64,000 nt of DNA, taken from positions 416,001-480,000 of the forward strand of contig CAXXFV010000023.1 of the NCBI GenBank assembly GCA_963674595.2, written 5' to 3'. This DNA comes from a bacterium. GTDB lineage: Bacteria; Zhuqueibacterota; Zhuqueibacteria; Residuimicrobiales; Krinioviventaceae. A model generated the notes under the pieces. The model ran no database searches. It was not told where the DNA came from and saw only the letters and a list, made by a program, of their open reading frames with translations. Below are positions 48,474 through 60,848 of the stretch, piece after piece; position 1 is the stretch's first letter; each line of letters starts with the position of its first letter. The position numbers were made by a program, and so were the translations under genes.

Positions 48474-49238
48474 ATGGTGGATATTAATCTAAGTCTTAAA
48501 GGAAAAACTGCCCTGGTTACCGGAGGTTCACGTGGAATAGGACGCGCTATAGCCGTCCGTTTAGCACAAGCCGGTGCTGATGTTGCTATTAACTATCTTC
48601 GCCAACGTTCTGCTGCTAATGAAACGCTCGAACAAATTGAAGCAGCCGGTGCAAAGGCACTTGCCATTCGCGCTAATGTTGGTGATCATGAAAATATTCA
48701 CCACATGTTTGAACAAATTGAGAAAGAGTTTGGACATCTTGATATATTGATCAGTAATGCTGCTTCCGGTGTTTTAAAACCTGCTATGGAATTGACAGAA
48801 CGTCACTGGAGATGGACAATGGATATTAATGCCGGAACGCTGTTGCCTTTGGCCCAACATTCACTTCCTTTAATGAACGGCAATGGAAAAATTGTTGCTG
48901 TGTCCAGTTTAGGCTCTATTCGTGCCATCCCTAATTATGCGGCTGTCGGCGCTTCCAAAGCAGCCCTGGAATCTTTGATTCGCCATTTGGCGGCTGAGCT
49001 GGCACCGAAAGGAATTTCAGTTAATGCGGTTTCCGCCGGAGTTGTGGACACCGATGCTCTTAAACATTTTCCGAACAGAGATGATATGATTGGTTCTTCT
49101 CTTGCCAAAACGCCATCCGGACGTTTAACAACACCGGAAGATGTGGCAGATATAGCTTTATTTTTGTGCAGCGATCTGGCAAAACAGATTCAGGGACAAA
49201 CAATCGTTGTAGATGGAGGATATTCTATTTTAGGTTAA
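48474..49238 (+). CDS. fabL: SDR, enoyl-ACP reductase FabL-like
   Basis: TGGSRGIG, SNAASGVLKP, YAAVGASKAALESL, TDALKHFP; ATG 48474 with SD. Confidence 0.75.
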   Translation: MVDINLSLKGKTALVTGGSRGIGRAIAVRLAQAGADVAINYLRQRSAANETLEQIEAAGAKALAIRANVGDHENIHHMFEQIEKEFGHLDILISNAASGVLKPAMELTERHWRWTMDINAGTLLPLAQHSLPLMNGNGKIVAVSSLGSIRAIPNYAAVGASKAALESLIRHLAAELAPKGISVNAVSAGVVDTDALKHFPNRDDMIGSSLAKTPSGRLTTPEDVADIALFLCSDLAKQIQGQTIVVDGGYSILG

Positions 49239-49279
49239 GTAAACAAGTGATTGATTGATACTTCTAACTGAGGTAGTAT

Positions 49280-49990
49280 ATGTCTAATAATGATATATGG
49301 GCACTCGTCCTCTCTTATGGATATGCATTTGATTTGTTGTTTTTTGTAGAATTTCTCGGCAAAAAATTTCAATGGTCGCTGGACCTGTCGCGCAAAATTA
49401 TCCATATCGGAGCCGGATTATGGGTATGGGCAATCGTAATGTTGTTTGATACCTGGTATTTTGGGATTATCCCATTTGCTACGTTTATTGTGTTAAATTA
49501 TATCTTTTACCGCAGGCAATCCTTTAAGCAGATGGACAATGAACAGTCAACCCTTGGAACGGTTTATTTTGCAATTTCTATTACAGTCTTGTTTTTATTG
49601 TTCTGGAGAAAACAAGGTCCATCTGATTACGCACCTATTGTCGTTGCTGCCGTTATGGCAATGACACTGGGCGATGCATTTGCCAGTATTTTGGGGATCA
49701 AGTATGGTAAAAAAGGTTACACTGTTTTTAAATTTAAAAAAACTATTATCGGTTCTTTGGCGATGTTTGCTTTTAGCCTGATCGGAATCGGTGCCAGTCT
49801 CTGGTTTCTTTCCGGTTCCAGTTTTAGCCCGTTCAGCGCAGTTCTGTCAGTGGAAGCCATTATTGCATTAACACTGATTTCCTCTGTTTTTGCCGCATTT
49901 GCCGAGGGCGTTTCGCCTGCCGGGACTGATAATCTGACGGTCCCTCTTGGTACCGGACTTTTACTTTATTTTTTGGTTAATTTATTATAA
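49280..49990 (+). CDS. Phytol/dolichol kinase-like membrane protein (CTP_transf_1 family)
   Basis: SRKIIHI, GDAFASILG, KKTIIGS, DNLTVP; multi-TM. Confidence 0.85.
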   Translation: MSNNDIWALVLSYGYAFDLLFFVEFLGKKFQWSLDLSRKIIHIGAGLWVWAIVMLFDTWYFGIIPFATFIVLNYIFYRRQSFKQMDNEQSTLGTVYFAISITVLFLLFWRKQGPSDYAPIVVAAVMAMTLGDAFASILGIKYGKKGYTVFKFKKTIIGSLAMFAFSLIGIGASLWFLSGSSFSPFSAVLSVEAIIALTLISSVFAAFAEGVSPAGTDNLTVPLGTGLLLYFLVNLL

Positions 49991-50002
49991 TTTTTTCGTA
50001 TA

Positions 50003-50041
50003 AAAAAAGCCCCAACATTTTAAAAATATTGGGGCTTTTTT
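50003..50041. terminator. Bidirectional intrinsic terminator
   Basis: AAAAAAGCCCCAA...TTGGGGCTTTTTT between convergent genes. Confidence 0.88.
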
Positions 50042-50042
50042 A

Positions 50043-52776
<2,734 letters not shown>

Positions 52777-52925
52777 TGGCGGTCCTTTCGGTACAATAGA
52801 TGTAGAGAACGAGTTTTGTTTTTAAGCGTTGGTATTCAGGAAAACATTATAAAAGATACTAAAAATGAATTTAAAATACTATGGCTTTCAAAAGTATGAC
52901 AAGGAAAAAGTTATAAAATTTTTTT

Positions 52926-54368
52926 TTAAAACGACAACAAACATTGCCAAATAAACATATGGCCCAGATCATCCGTATTTTCCCATATTGTCTTTACAAT
53001 GTCTGCATCTCCGGAAATCTGTGGTAATTCTTTTTGCTTTTCCTGCCAGGGTATGCAAACACCCGGTCGGGTAAGAGTATTTTTATGCTCAGGCATTCCA
53101 TAGTTTTTGTCATAGGGCACGTTTTCATCCGGCTTTACATATTGCGGTGTGGATGGATCTATATGACCGTCAGAATACACGCCGTATTCACGGGTGAAAT
53201 TTGTAAGAGCTTTTATGTTTTCAACTTTTGTATCGTTTTGCATAATCGCACTGGCATCCATAATGTAACCGCCGTCCCGGGCGATGGTGTCAATAATGTT
53301 TTTGCAATAATCCTGAACATCCTGGGGAGAACCCAGGGCCAGAATGGCATTTGGTACGCCACCGCTTAAACAGAATTTATGTCCCAGTTTTTTATGTGTC
53401 AGGAGATAATCTCCCCGGTCGATATGATAAACAATACTGGAGAGGGGTAATTCGGCAAAACTATCCAGATGATGGTCCCAGCTTCCTTCGGCGTAAAAAA
53501 GCGTCTGGTTGCCGTTGCGCCAAAGTTCTTCAATAATCGGTTTTATTGTGGGCCAGTAATGGGATTCAAATTGTCCTTTGGAAACAAAAGGAAGGCCGCC
53601 GCGATGCATCCAGTAACCGACCGGCACCTGGTGGTTTGGGTCTGCTGATGATTGGGCAATGTGATAAATATGCGGCATCAAAGCTTCGCAGGCCTTGAGC
53701 ACTTTATTCGGCTGGTTCATCATATCCATTGTCAGCCCAATATAGCCACGGAGCTTATCGGCAAGAATATCAAATGGCGCTTTTAAAATTCCGGAAATAG
53801 CGGAAACAACACCAATATCGTTTTTCAGCGTTTCTCCCTGCGGACCAAAAGCATTAAAGTATTGCATCATGGCCATGCCGCCTTTGACAAACGCAAGGTT
53901 GTTACGAAAAGATGTTTTTTCGTCTGCTGCCTTAATTTCCGTAGAAACACGCGGCAGCCAGACATTATACAAAAAGTCGGTTGGATTTTTTATCAGCAAG
54001 TCATATTCATCTGCTTTCATAAAAGCATTTTCTTCTTTAGGCTCCAGGTATTGAAACGCCGTATCAGGAGAAATTTCAATACCGGGCGTTGCATAGTACT
54101 TTAAACCAATTGCCTGGGTTAATCCGGTCCATACATACACCATATTACCTACTACGGCGTCCCAGTCAAAGTCTTTAGCACATTTTTGGGCGGCAATAAA
54201 GGCTTTGTTAAAATCATGGGTCACTTGCTGACAGGTCATGCCGGTGTATTTTGCTGTAAATTCGGCTACAAACGGACGAATGGGTATTTTGTCCGGTTTT
54301 TCGTTTTTCATAGCCGTTACATAACGGGCAAGTCGTTCCTGGTAAATTTCAGACGTTGATTTTTGCAT
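52926..54368 (-). CDS. Uroporphyrinogen decarboxylase-fold protein (possible corrinoid methyltransferase)
   Basis: EKPDKIP, PFDILADKLRG, CLSGGVP, DGGYIM; C-terminal extension. Confidence 0.75.
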   Translation of the reverse strand: MQKSTSEIYQERLARYVTAMKNEKPDKIPIRPFVAEFTAKYTGMTCQQVTHDFNKAFIAAQKCAKDFDWDAVVGNMVYVWTGLTQAIGLKYYATPGIEISPDTAFQYLEPKEENAFMKADEYDLLIKNPTDFLYNVWLPRVSTEIKAADEKTSFRNNLAFVKGGMAMMQYFNAFGPQGETLKNDIGVVSAISGILKAPFDILADKLRGYIGLTMDMMNQPNKVLKACEALMPHIYHIAQSSADPNHQVPVGYWMHRGGLPFVSKGQFESHYWPTIKPIIEELWRNGNQTLFYAEGSWDHHLDSFAELPLSSIVYHIDRGDYLLTHKKLGHKFCLSGGVPNAILALGSPQDVQDYCKNIIDTIARDGGYIMDASAIMQNDTKVENIKALTNFTREYGVYSDGHIDPSTPQYVKPDENVPYDKNYGMPEHKNTLTRPGVCIPWQEKQKELPQISGDADIVKTIWENTDDLGHMFIWQCLLSF

Positions 54369-54433
54369 GATTTCCTCCGCATATATGGAATGCCTGGCAA
54401 TTATATCAAGTACTGTTTAAGGGAAATATAGGA

Positions 54434-55654
54434 TTATATAATGTGCGCAATAAAAAAATCAGTTTGTGAACTTGCTTTGATCGTGTAATTTTTTAATAAA
54501 GCCGGAACAAGTATGACCTGGCCTTTTGAAAAAGATTCCGTATCATTTGCTGACCATTGTATGTCCAATAATCCTTCTGTTATGAGTATGATGTGCAGGC
54601 TGTTGCATGTCAGTTCGGTTTTTTGGTTTTGTTCCATTTTGTAATTAGAAATTTGAAATTCACTGATTGGTACCTGATAGTGTGTTATATTTAATTCATT
54701 ATTGGGCTGCATAACAGGAACAGGTTGTGTTTCCCATGTCAGAATTTCCGCCAATGTTTCCACGTCTTTGAACTTTGGCGTTAAACCGGCACGGACCACA
54801 TTATCGGAATTTGCCATACATTCGACAATATTACCTTTCAAATAAGCGTGCGGAATACCGGCATTTAAAAATACACCCTGTCCCTTTTTCAAATAGACAA
54901 GATTTAAAAGAAACAGCGAATATAATCCAACGTCTGTTCCGTATTTTTGGCGTAATGACAAAAACAGTTCTTCAGCATCGGAGAGATCGTTTGATTTTGA
55001 CAAACGGTTTTCCAGATTTCGCAGGGATGTTTCCAGTTCATCTTCATGTGTTTGTGGTTTTTGCATGAGCGTGGAATATAATATTTTTATTTCTTTTGAG
55101 GCGTTAGTATCAGATTGATTTAAAAAAGATCCCACTATATCCGAACCGATAAAGTCAGCCATTTCCTGATAGTTTTTCAGAACTGTTTTTAATTCGGGGA
55201 TTGTTTTAAATCCAACCAGCGCTGTCAGGTTGTCCAGAGCTATCGCTATTTCCGGTTTGTGATTGTCATCCGGATAATTTTTGGGGTCGCGTTTGTGCAG
55301 CATTTCTGCCTGTTTTTTGTTGGGATGTGCTTGTATGGAAAGGGCTTCTCCGGCGGAAAGGACTTTGAGCAGAAACGGTAATTGATTGTTAAATTTTTCA
55401 GCGACGTTTGCTCCTAAAATTTCCCGAGGATTTTTTTGAATATATTCATCAAGGTTCATTTCCATGTCGTCAATTTTTACTTTGGAAGGAGCTTTGGGAT
55501 GAACACCAATCCATAATTCTGCATAGGGTTTGTCTTTTATAATATCTTTGCCGATTAATTGGGGTATAAAGGCCTGTTCATTTCTGGTGCCCCATTCATA
55601 GTGCTGCACACTGCTTTTTAAAACAAGTGGTTTGATCTGATCTTTTTGTAACAT
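54434..55654 (-). CDS. manA: Mannose-6-phosphate isomerase, class I
   Basis: QHYEWG, AELWIGVHP, LPFLLKVL, LSIQAHP, DDNHKPE, PHAYL, MANSDNVVRAGLTPK. Confidence 0.95.
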   Translation of the reverse strand: MLQKDQIKPLVLKSSVQHYEWGTRNEQAFIPQLIGKDIIKDKPYAELWIGVHPKAPSKVKIDDMEMNLDEYIQKNPREILGANVAEKFNNQLPFLLKVLSAGEALSIQAHPNKKQAEMLHKRDPKNYPDDNHKPEIAIALDNLTALVGFKTIPELKTVLKNYQEMADFIGSDIVGSFLNQSDTNASKEIKILYSTLMQKPQTHEDELETSLRNLENRLSKSNDLSDAEELFLSLRQKYGTDVGLYSLFLLNLVYLKKGQGVFLNAGIPHAYLKGNIVECMANSDNVVRAGLTPKFKDVETLAEILTWETQPVPVMQPNNELNITHYQVPISEFQISNYKMEQNQKTELTCNSLHIILITEGLLDIQWSANDTESFSKGQVILVPALLKNYTIKASSQTDFFIAHII

Positions 55655-55777
55655 TTAGGTTCCATTCATATTTTATTTTCAGATTTAATTTTAGGTAATT
55701 TAAAAATTGTTTTGCAAAAATGAAAATAATTCCTTTTACTATTGGATATTGAAACGTGATATATTTTTGGAGAAAAG

Positions 55778-56707
55778 ATGACAGTTACACGTCCGGTGAT
55801 CATATTTGACACTGATATCGGTAATGATATCGATGATGCGCTTGCATTGGTGATGCTGCATTCCTATGTGGACATGGGATTTATTGATTTTGCTGCAGTG
55901 ACCATCAGCAAGGATAATAAATGGGCAGCGGTTTATACGGACATCGTTAACCGGTTTTACGGTCATTCGTATATACCAATTGGTATTGTCAGGGATGGTA
56001 AAACGGAGGATACCGGACCATTTATCAAAACTGTTTCCGAAAAAATGGGTAAGGACTTTTCTTCCTTAACCGATATTGAAGACGCTGTGACCCTGCAAAG
56101 AAAAATTTTGAGTGAATCGGCTGACCAGTCTGTGGTTTTTGTTATTGTTGGTTTTTCAACAAATATTGCCCGGCTTTTGCGGTCTCAACCCGATGACATT
56201 TCCCCGTTAACCGGGATGGAGCTGGTACGTAAAAAAGTCCGGTTTATGTCCATGATGGCCGGGAATTTCAGCGACCATCCGGAAAGAGAATATAACATTT
56301 TTATTCATCCGGAAGCGGCGCAGTATGTCTTTGCAAACTGCCCTGCGCCCATTATTTGCAGCGGCTTTGAAGTGGGCATCTCTATCGAATATCCTGCAAA
56401 AAGTATTGAAAATGATTTCAATTACGTTGATTATCATCCTGTTGCCGAGGCCTATAAGGTTTTTATGAAAATGCCCTATGATCGGCCGTCCTGGGACCTG
56501 ACATCGGTTTTATATGCTGTCGAACCGGATGCTTACTGGTTCACCTTGTCATCTCCGGGGAAAATCCGTGTTGATGCTAATGAGTTGACAATTTATCAAA
56601 AAGATGAAAACGGAAAACATTTTTATCTAAAAGTTGATGATATTCAGCGTGAGAATGTAAAGAACAAATTAATAGAGCTGGTAACGCGTTTACCCAGGAA
56701 ATTTTGA
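55778..56707 (+). CDS. Inosine/uridine-preferring nucleoside hydrolase family protein
   Basis: IFDTDIGNDIDDALAL, EYNI, SWD. Confidence 0.88.
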   Translation: MTVTRPVIIFDTDIGNDIDDALALVMLHSYVDMGFIDFAAVTISKDNKWAAVYTDIVNRFYGHSYIPIGIVRDGKTEDTGPFIKTVSEKMGKDFSSLTDIEDAVTLQRKILSESADQSVVFVIVGFSTNIARLLRSQPDDISPLTGMELVRKKVRFMSMMAGNFSDHPEREYNIFIHPEAAQYVFANCPAPIICSGFEVGISIEYPAKSIENDFNYVDYHPVAEAYKVFMKMPYDRPSWDLTSVLYAVEPDAYWFTLSSPGKIRVDANELTIYQKDENGKHFYLKVDDIQRENVKNKLIELVTRLPRKF

Positions 56708-56731
56708 CTTGATATAAATTATCTAAACTAT

Positions 56732-58132
56732 ATGAGCCATAAAAACTCCAAATTACGTTTTATAAATTGCTGCAGGAAATTCAGCCGGATTTTATTTTTA
56801 ATATTTTGTACAAACAGTATCCTTGCCGGCAATACATTCGCACAGGAACAATCTGTTTTTAAAGAACGATTGTCCGGTATGCTTTACAGTTCCATCGTAG
56901 CCGATGCTATGGCTGGTCCCAGAAAAGGACGCTCAATTGAAGCGACGCAGAATTTTTTAGAACTGGGTCACTGGATAAAATCTTTTGCACCTTATTCCCT
57001 GGAACAGCAGCAAAATGGAGAGGTATATAAACAAAATGCCGAACCAGGTACATTTACCGAAGAAAGCAGGATGCGGATTTTGATGGCACAAATTTTAATT
57101 GAAAATCAAAAACAACGACCTTGTCAGCCGGTTTTAAAAGAATTTTTAGCCAAAGAGATCATTCGCAGCTATCAGAATGCATTTGATGATTTTATGTTGT
57201 TTGATTCAAATTATCACAAGATGATACAAGAGGAGAGACCGCCGTTTGACGAATTTCGAAAACAGAAATATTTAAAAATGGCCTTTTTATGGGAATTGAC
57301 AAAAATTTCAACTTCGGTTTTTATACCTCAGGACGTACCTCTTTTTTCTCCTCCATACAAAATACATCATGATAATGTGATACCTGTTGGGATTGCCGAT
57401 GACTGGCACCTTGATCCGGTTGAACCGGTTTTGGTACAGGAAAATATAAAATCCGAATTTGCTCAAAACGCTTATGCGGCCGGTAAAGAGATACCGGTCG
57501 GACTTGTAGGGCTTTTACCTGCAGCCGCCTACTTTGCCGGAAATCCGGTCGATGCCTTTCAATATATAATGGATTTGAATTTTTTTGACATCGGAACGGC
57601 CCCTTTTTATACAGCCGTTCTTGGAGCTGTTGTGGCAGATTTGTTGGGTGGTAAAAACTGGCCGGATATTACACAAATTATTATGGATAATGGTTTGGAC
57701 AGCTATCTCGGAACAGAAAAAAACGCTGTAATTTTATCAATTGAAAAAGAGTTTAACCAGGCTGTTGTGATGGCCCGTCATTTTAAAAATAAAACGAAAA
57801 TGGATACAAAAGAACAACTTGTTTCCTTGATTTATGAATTGCATTACGTCGCTGTTGACGATTCAAATATGTGCACAGTTCCCGAGCTGTTTTTCTGTAC
57901 TGTGGCTTTAATGGAATACGCTCAGGAAATTCCTTTGCTCATTGAAGCGGCGGCAAACTATGGACGGGACAATGACACGCTGGCGTTTATTGCAGGTTCT
58001 GTTGCCGGTGCCTGGCTTGGGGTAAAGAATGTGCCTGCTTCCTGGATTGAAACGGTTGAACAGGCCAATTCCGAATATTCTTTAATGGAGATATTTTCAA
58101 ATTTTGAAAATATCTTTTGTGTGCCGGAGTGA
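56732..58132 (+). CDS. ADP-ribosylglycohydrolase-family protein, probably exported
   Basis: VADAMAGP, GTFTEES, NYGRDNDTLAFIAGSVAGA, VPASW; signal-like N-terminus. Confidence 0.7.
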   Translation: MSHKNSKLRFINCCRKFSRILFLIFCTNSILAGNTFAQEQSVFKERLSGMLYSSIVADAMAGPRKGRSIEATQNFLELGHWIKSFAPYSLEQQQNGEVYKQNAEPGTFTEESRMRILMAQILIENQKQRPCQPVLKEFLAKEIIRSYQNAFDDFMLFDSNYHKMIQEERPPFDEFRKQKYLKMAFLWELTKISTSVFIPQDVPLFSPPYKIHHDNVIPVGIADDWHLDPVEPVLVQENIKSEFAQNAYAAGKEIPVGLVGLLPAAAYFAGNPVDAFQYIMDLNFFDIGTAPFYTAVLGAVVADLLGGKNWPDITQIIMDNGLDSYLGTEKNAVILSIEKEFNQAVVMARHFKNKTKMDTKEQLVSLIYELHYVAVDDSNMCTVPELFFCTVALMEYAQEIPLLIEAAANYGRDNDTLAFIAGSVAGAWLGVKNVPASWIETVEQANSEYSLMEIFSNFENIFCVPE

Positions 58133-58143
58133 GGTATTAAATG

Positions 58144-59028
58144 TTAATTAATGCTTTGTTTACTTGATACTATCTCGTCCAGCAGCTTTTCACTTTCCTG
58201 TAAATTTTTGAATTCTTTAACACCAAATATATATTGCCCTGATCGGGTTATCAATACTTTACCCTGATAGGCCGGTTCTGCTAAAAATTTGTTTTGCTGC
58301 AACTCTGATATTTTTCCTCTTTTTAAAATATTGTTTTGATATTCCTGAAATGCTTTATCTGCTTTTTGATCGTCCGGAAATATGATGACGAATGCCTGGC
58401 ATGTATCTGCCGGAAGAGCGTATTCAGCAATCATGGTGTTTTCAAATATTGTCTGGCCCATAAATCCCTTGGGTATGTATTTTAATGATCTGGGAATTTG
58501 ATTTTGATCGGTGAGCAGGGTTATTTCCGACGGTACCGGAAGGTCGGGTATTTTTTCTGCGATTGCGTTGGCGGTTGAATACAATTTGTCCGTTACAAAT
58601 TTTTTATCGGACCCGGCATTTATTTGTACAAAAAAGCGGCCCTTGTAAAAACGAATATTGTATATGGAGGTAATTGCTTCCGTACCGATTTTTTCATAGG
58701 TCAAATTGGGATAACGAAAGCTGCTGTAAAGACCGAATGCATTGAGCGAACTTTGCATGTCGTAAATATCTACGGTCAGCGTTGCCGCTTCATCATCGAC
58801 ATTTATCCAGGAGGCGGTGAGCATGTGTTTAAAATGATAATCAATATAATGCTCTGCTTCACCATTGATATATTCGAACAGGTTTTCCGGCGTATAGAGC
58901 TCGGGTTCAAAATCAACCTGCCACTGACCATCTGCCGTTATATCAGGGATGTATTGCAACAGTGGATTTTCCGAGGCTTTTGCCGTTAATGCAGAGAGTA
59001 TGAATATAATAAAAAAAACTTTTTTCAT
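58144..59028 (-). CDS. Exported DUF6599-like protein
   Basis: Signal peptide MKKVFF; ENLFEYINGEAE, VDIYDM, AFGLYS, FYKGRFFVQI. Confidence 0.65.
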   Translation of the reverse strand: MKKVFFIIFILSALTAKASENPLLQYIPDITADGQWQVDFEPELYTPENLFEYINGEAEHYIDYHFKHMLTASWINVDDEAATLTVDIYDMQSSLNAFGLYSSFRYPNLTYEKIGTEAITSIYNIRFYKGRFFVQINAGSDKKFVTDKLYSTANAIAEKIPDLPVPSEITLLTDQNQIPRSLKYIPKGFMGQTIFENTMIAEYALPADTCQAFVIIFPDDQKADKAFQEYQNNILKRGKISELQQNKFLAEPAYQGKVLITRSGQYIFGVKEFKNLQESEKLLDEIVSSKQSIN

Positions 59029-59120
59029 TTTTATGTTGCCTCCGTTTTTCATTTTTGGATATAATAGGCAAGTTTTCTTGCTTTAGCAAGAATAAAAAGC
59101 TTGAAAAGAAATATGGTGCT

Positions 59121-60206
59121 TTATAGAGCTTGTGAAAGTAAAAAAGGAAAGAACCTGAAACCGAGTCCGGTAATGACCTGATTGTCCTGAGTCAGATTGA
59201 CAAACAAAGACGGGGAAAAATGTTTTGTTTTTATCATACCGGGATAAACATTTAATCTTGCTTTATAGCCTTTTGTCCCGGACAGAATTAAAGATGCAAG
59301 AAGTGAATTGTTTCGGTCATAAAAAACACCACATGTCCATATCAACTCTGTCGTTAATTCCCGGACATTGTTTTCATGTTGTATGTTTATTAGATCTTTG
59401 GCAACCAAACCACCGGCCACAGAAAAACATTGTGTTTTTGTTCGATTGTAGGAAAGACCGAGCATTCCATGACAACCCCAGTGATACATGATCTGGAATT
59501 TTTCTGTTTTAGGAATATCAATTTTTATAACAAAGTTTTGTCCGACGTTATATATTGATTTGTGTCTGAGATTAATCCCGGATAAAAACGACCAGTCCTG
59601 CATGTGTAACGTATTGCGGAAAAAACGGCACACTTTGTCTGATGAAAATATCAGAACTCCCAAAGGATTAAAAATATAAAAATCTGCAACAGGATCGACA
59701 TTGGGCCCGATATAATTATTATTTTCCACCACTTCATTTAAAAAATGTGTTGTCATAAGTGACGAAAAGGCCAGTAATCGGGGATGCCTGAATCCTTTAA
59801 TTTTATACCAGTCTGAAAATTTTCGATATGTAAAACCGCCGCCGATCATATGCAGAGAATAATTGGGAAAGTATTGGGCATTTTTAAGCTTAATTGAACT
59901 CGGAAACACCTCCTGACGCAGAAAATTGTCCCATCCATATTGCTCTATCGCTGTTATTGGGTGCGATAAATTGTATGAGACATTTTTTATACCCTGTTCA
60001 AAGGCAATGTCCGGCAAGTGATTGTTGCGATTGCTGATTTGCAAAATTCCCATACCGCTGTTGACCAAAATCCACAATGGTGAATACAGGGATTCCGACC
60101 CGTATTCCATAGGGGTATAGAATGTTAATGTCTCTCCGTGGGCGGTTTTTATCCAGAGTACGGAGAGACAGAAAAATAGCAGAACGATTTTTCGTGCGGT
60201 TTTTAT
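59121..60206 (-). CDS. Hypothetical exported/outer-membrane protein
   Basis: 329-aa ORF from ATG 60110, extendable in frame by 32 codons that encode a signal peptide, to ATA 60206; beta-strand-rich C-terminal half. Confidence 0.6.
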   Translation of the reverse strand: MKTARKIVLLFFCLSVLWIKTAHGETLTFYTPMEYGSESLYSPLWILVNSGMGILQISNRNNHLPDIAFEQGIKNVSYNLSHPITAIEQYGWDNFLRQEVFPSSIKLKNAQYFPNYSLHMIGGGFTYRKFSDWYKIKGFRHPRLLAFSSLMTTHFLNEVVENNNYIGPNVDPVADFYIFNPLGVLIFSSDKVCRFFRNTLHMQDWSFLSGINLRHKSIYNVGQNFVIKIDIPKTEKFQIMYHWGCHGMLGLSYNRTKTQCFSVAGGLVAKDLINIQHENNVRELTTELIWTCGVFYDRNNSLLASLILSGTKGYKARLNVYPGMIKTKHFSPSLFVNLTQDNQVITGLGFRFFPFLLSQAL

Positions 60207-60267
60207 GGCTTTCCCTTTAATTGATTTAATTTGGGTGGAAAAGGTTTAGATTCGGAGTTGATAAAAA

Positions 60268-60816
60268 TCAAGATAACATGATCTTGACGGCAATAACCAA
60301 AAGTATGCAGGCCCCGAAAACTTCAGCTTTTTTACCGATAATATGTGCCAGGCGTTTACCCAGGGCAATACCGGTAATGGTCATTAACGCGGCAACGAGC
60401 CCGATGACCAGACATGGTTTAACAAGCGAACTGCCTATAAGACCAATGCCAAGCCCAACGCCGAAAGCATCAATGCTCGTGGCAATAGAAAGGGCAACAA
60501 GGGTCCAGCCTTTGGTAAGGTCTTTTTTCCCTAATTTATCTTCATTTTTGTCGCAAAACACTTCGTGAAGCATGTGGCCGGCAATAAGTATCAAAATTCC
60601 GGCTGCAATAAATTTATTATACTGTGAAAAGAGTCCGGCAATTTCATAACTTGTCAGCCACCCTAAAATCGGCATAAAGAACTGGAATAATCCAAAGTGA
60701 AATCCCGCTCTGAAATATTGTCTGAATTTGGCGCCCCTGCTGCCGACAGAGACGCCGACTGAAAATGCGTCTGTTCCTAATCCTATGGCAAGAATCAAAA
60801 TTTCTAGTGCTTGCAT
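60268..60816 (-). CDS. mntP: Manganese efflux pump MntP family
   Basis: DAFSV, FGLFQFFMP, ATSIDA, AEVFG; about 6 TM. Confidence 0.9.
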   Translation of the reverse strand: MQALEILILAIGLGTDAFSVGVSVGSRGAKFRQYFRAGFHFGLFQFFMPILGWLTSYEIAGLFSQYNKFIAAGILILIAGHMLHEVFCDKNEDKLGKKDLTKGWTLVALSIATSIDAFGVGLGIGLIGSSLVKPCLVIGLVAALMTITGIALGKRLAHIIGKKAEVFGACILLVIAVKIMLS

Positions 60817-60848
60817 GTTTCTCTAAAAATGGTTAAAACACGGCCCAA

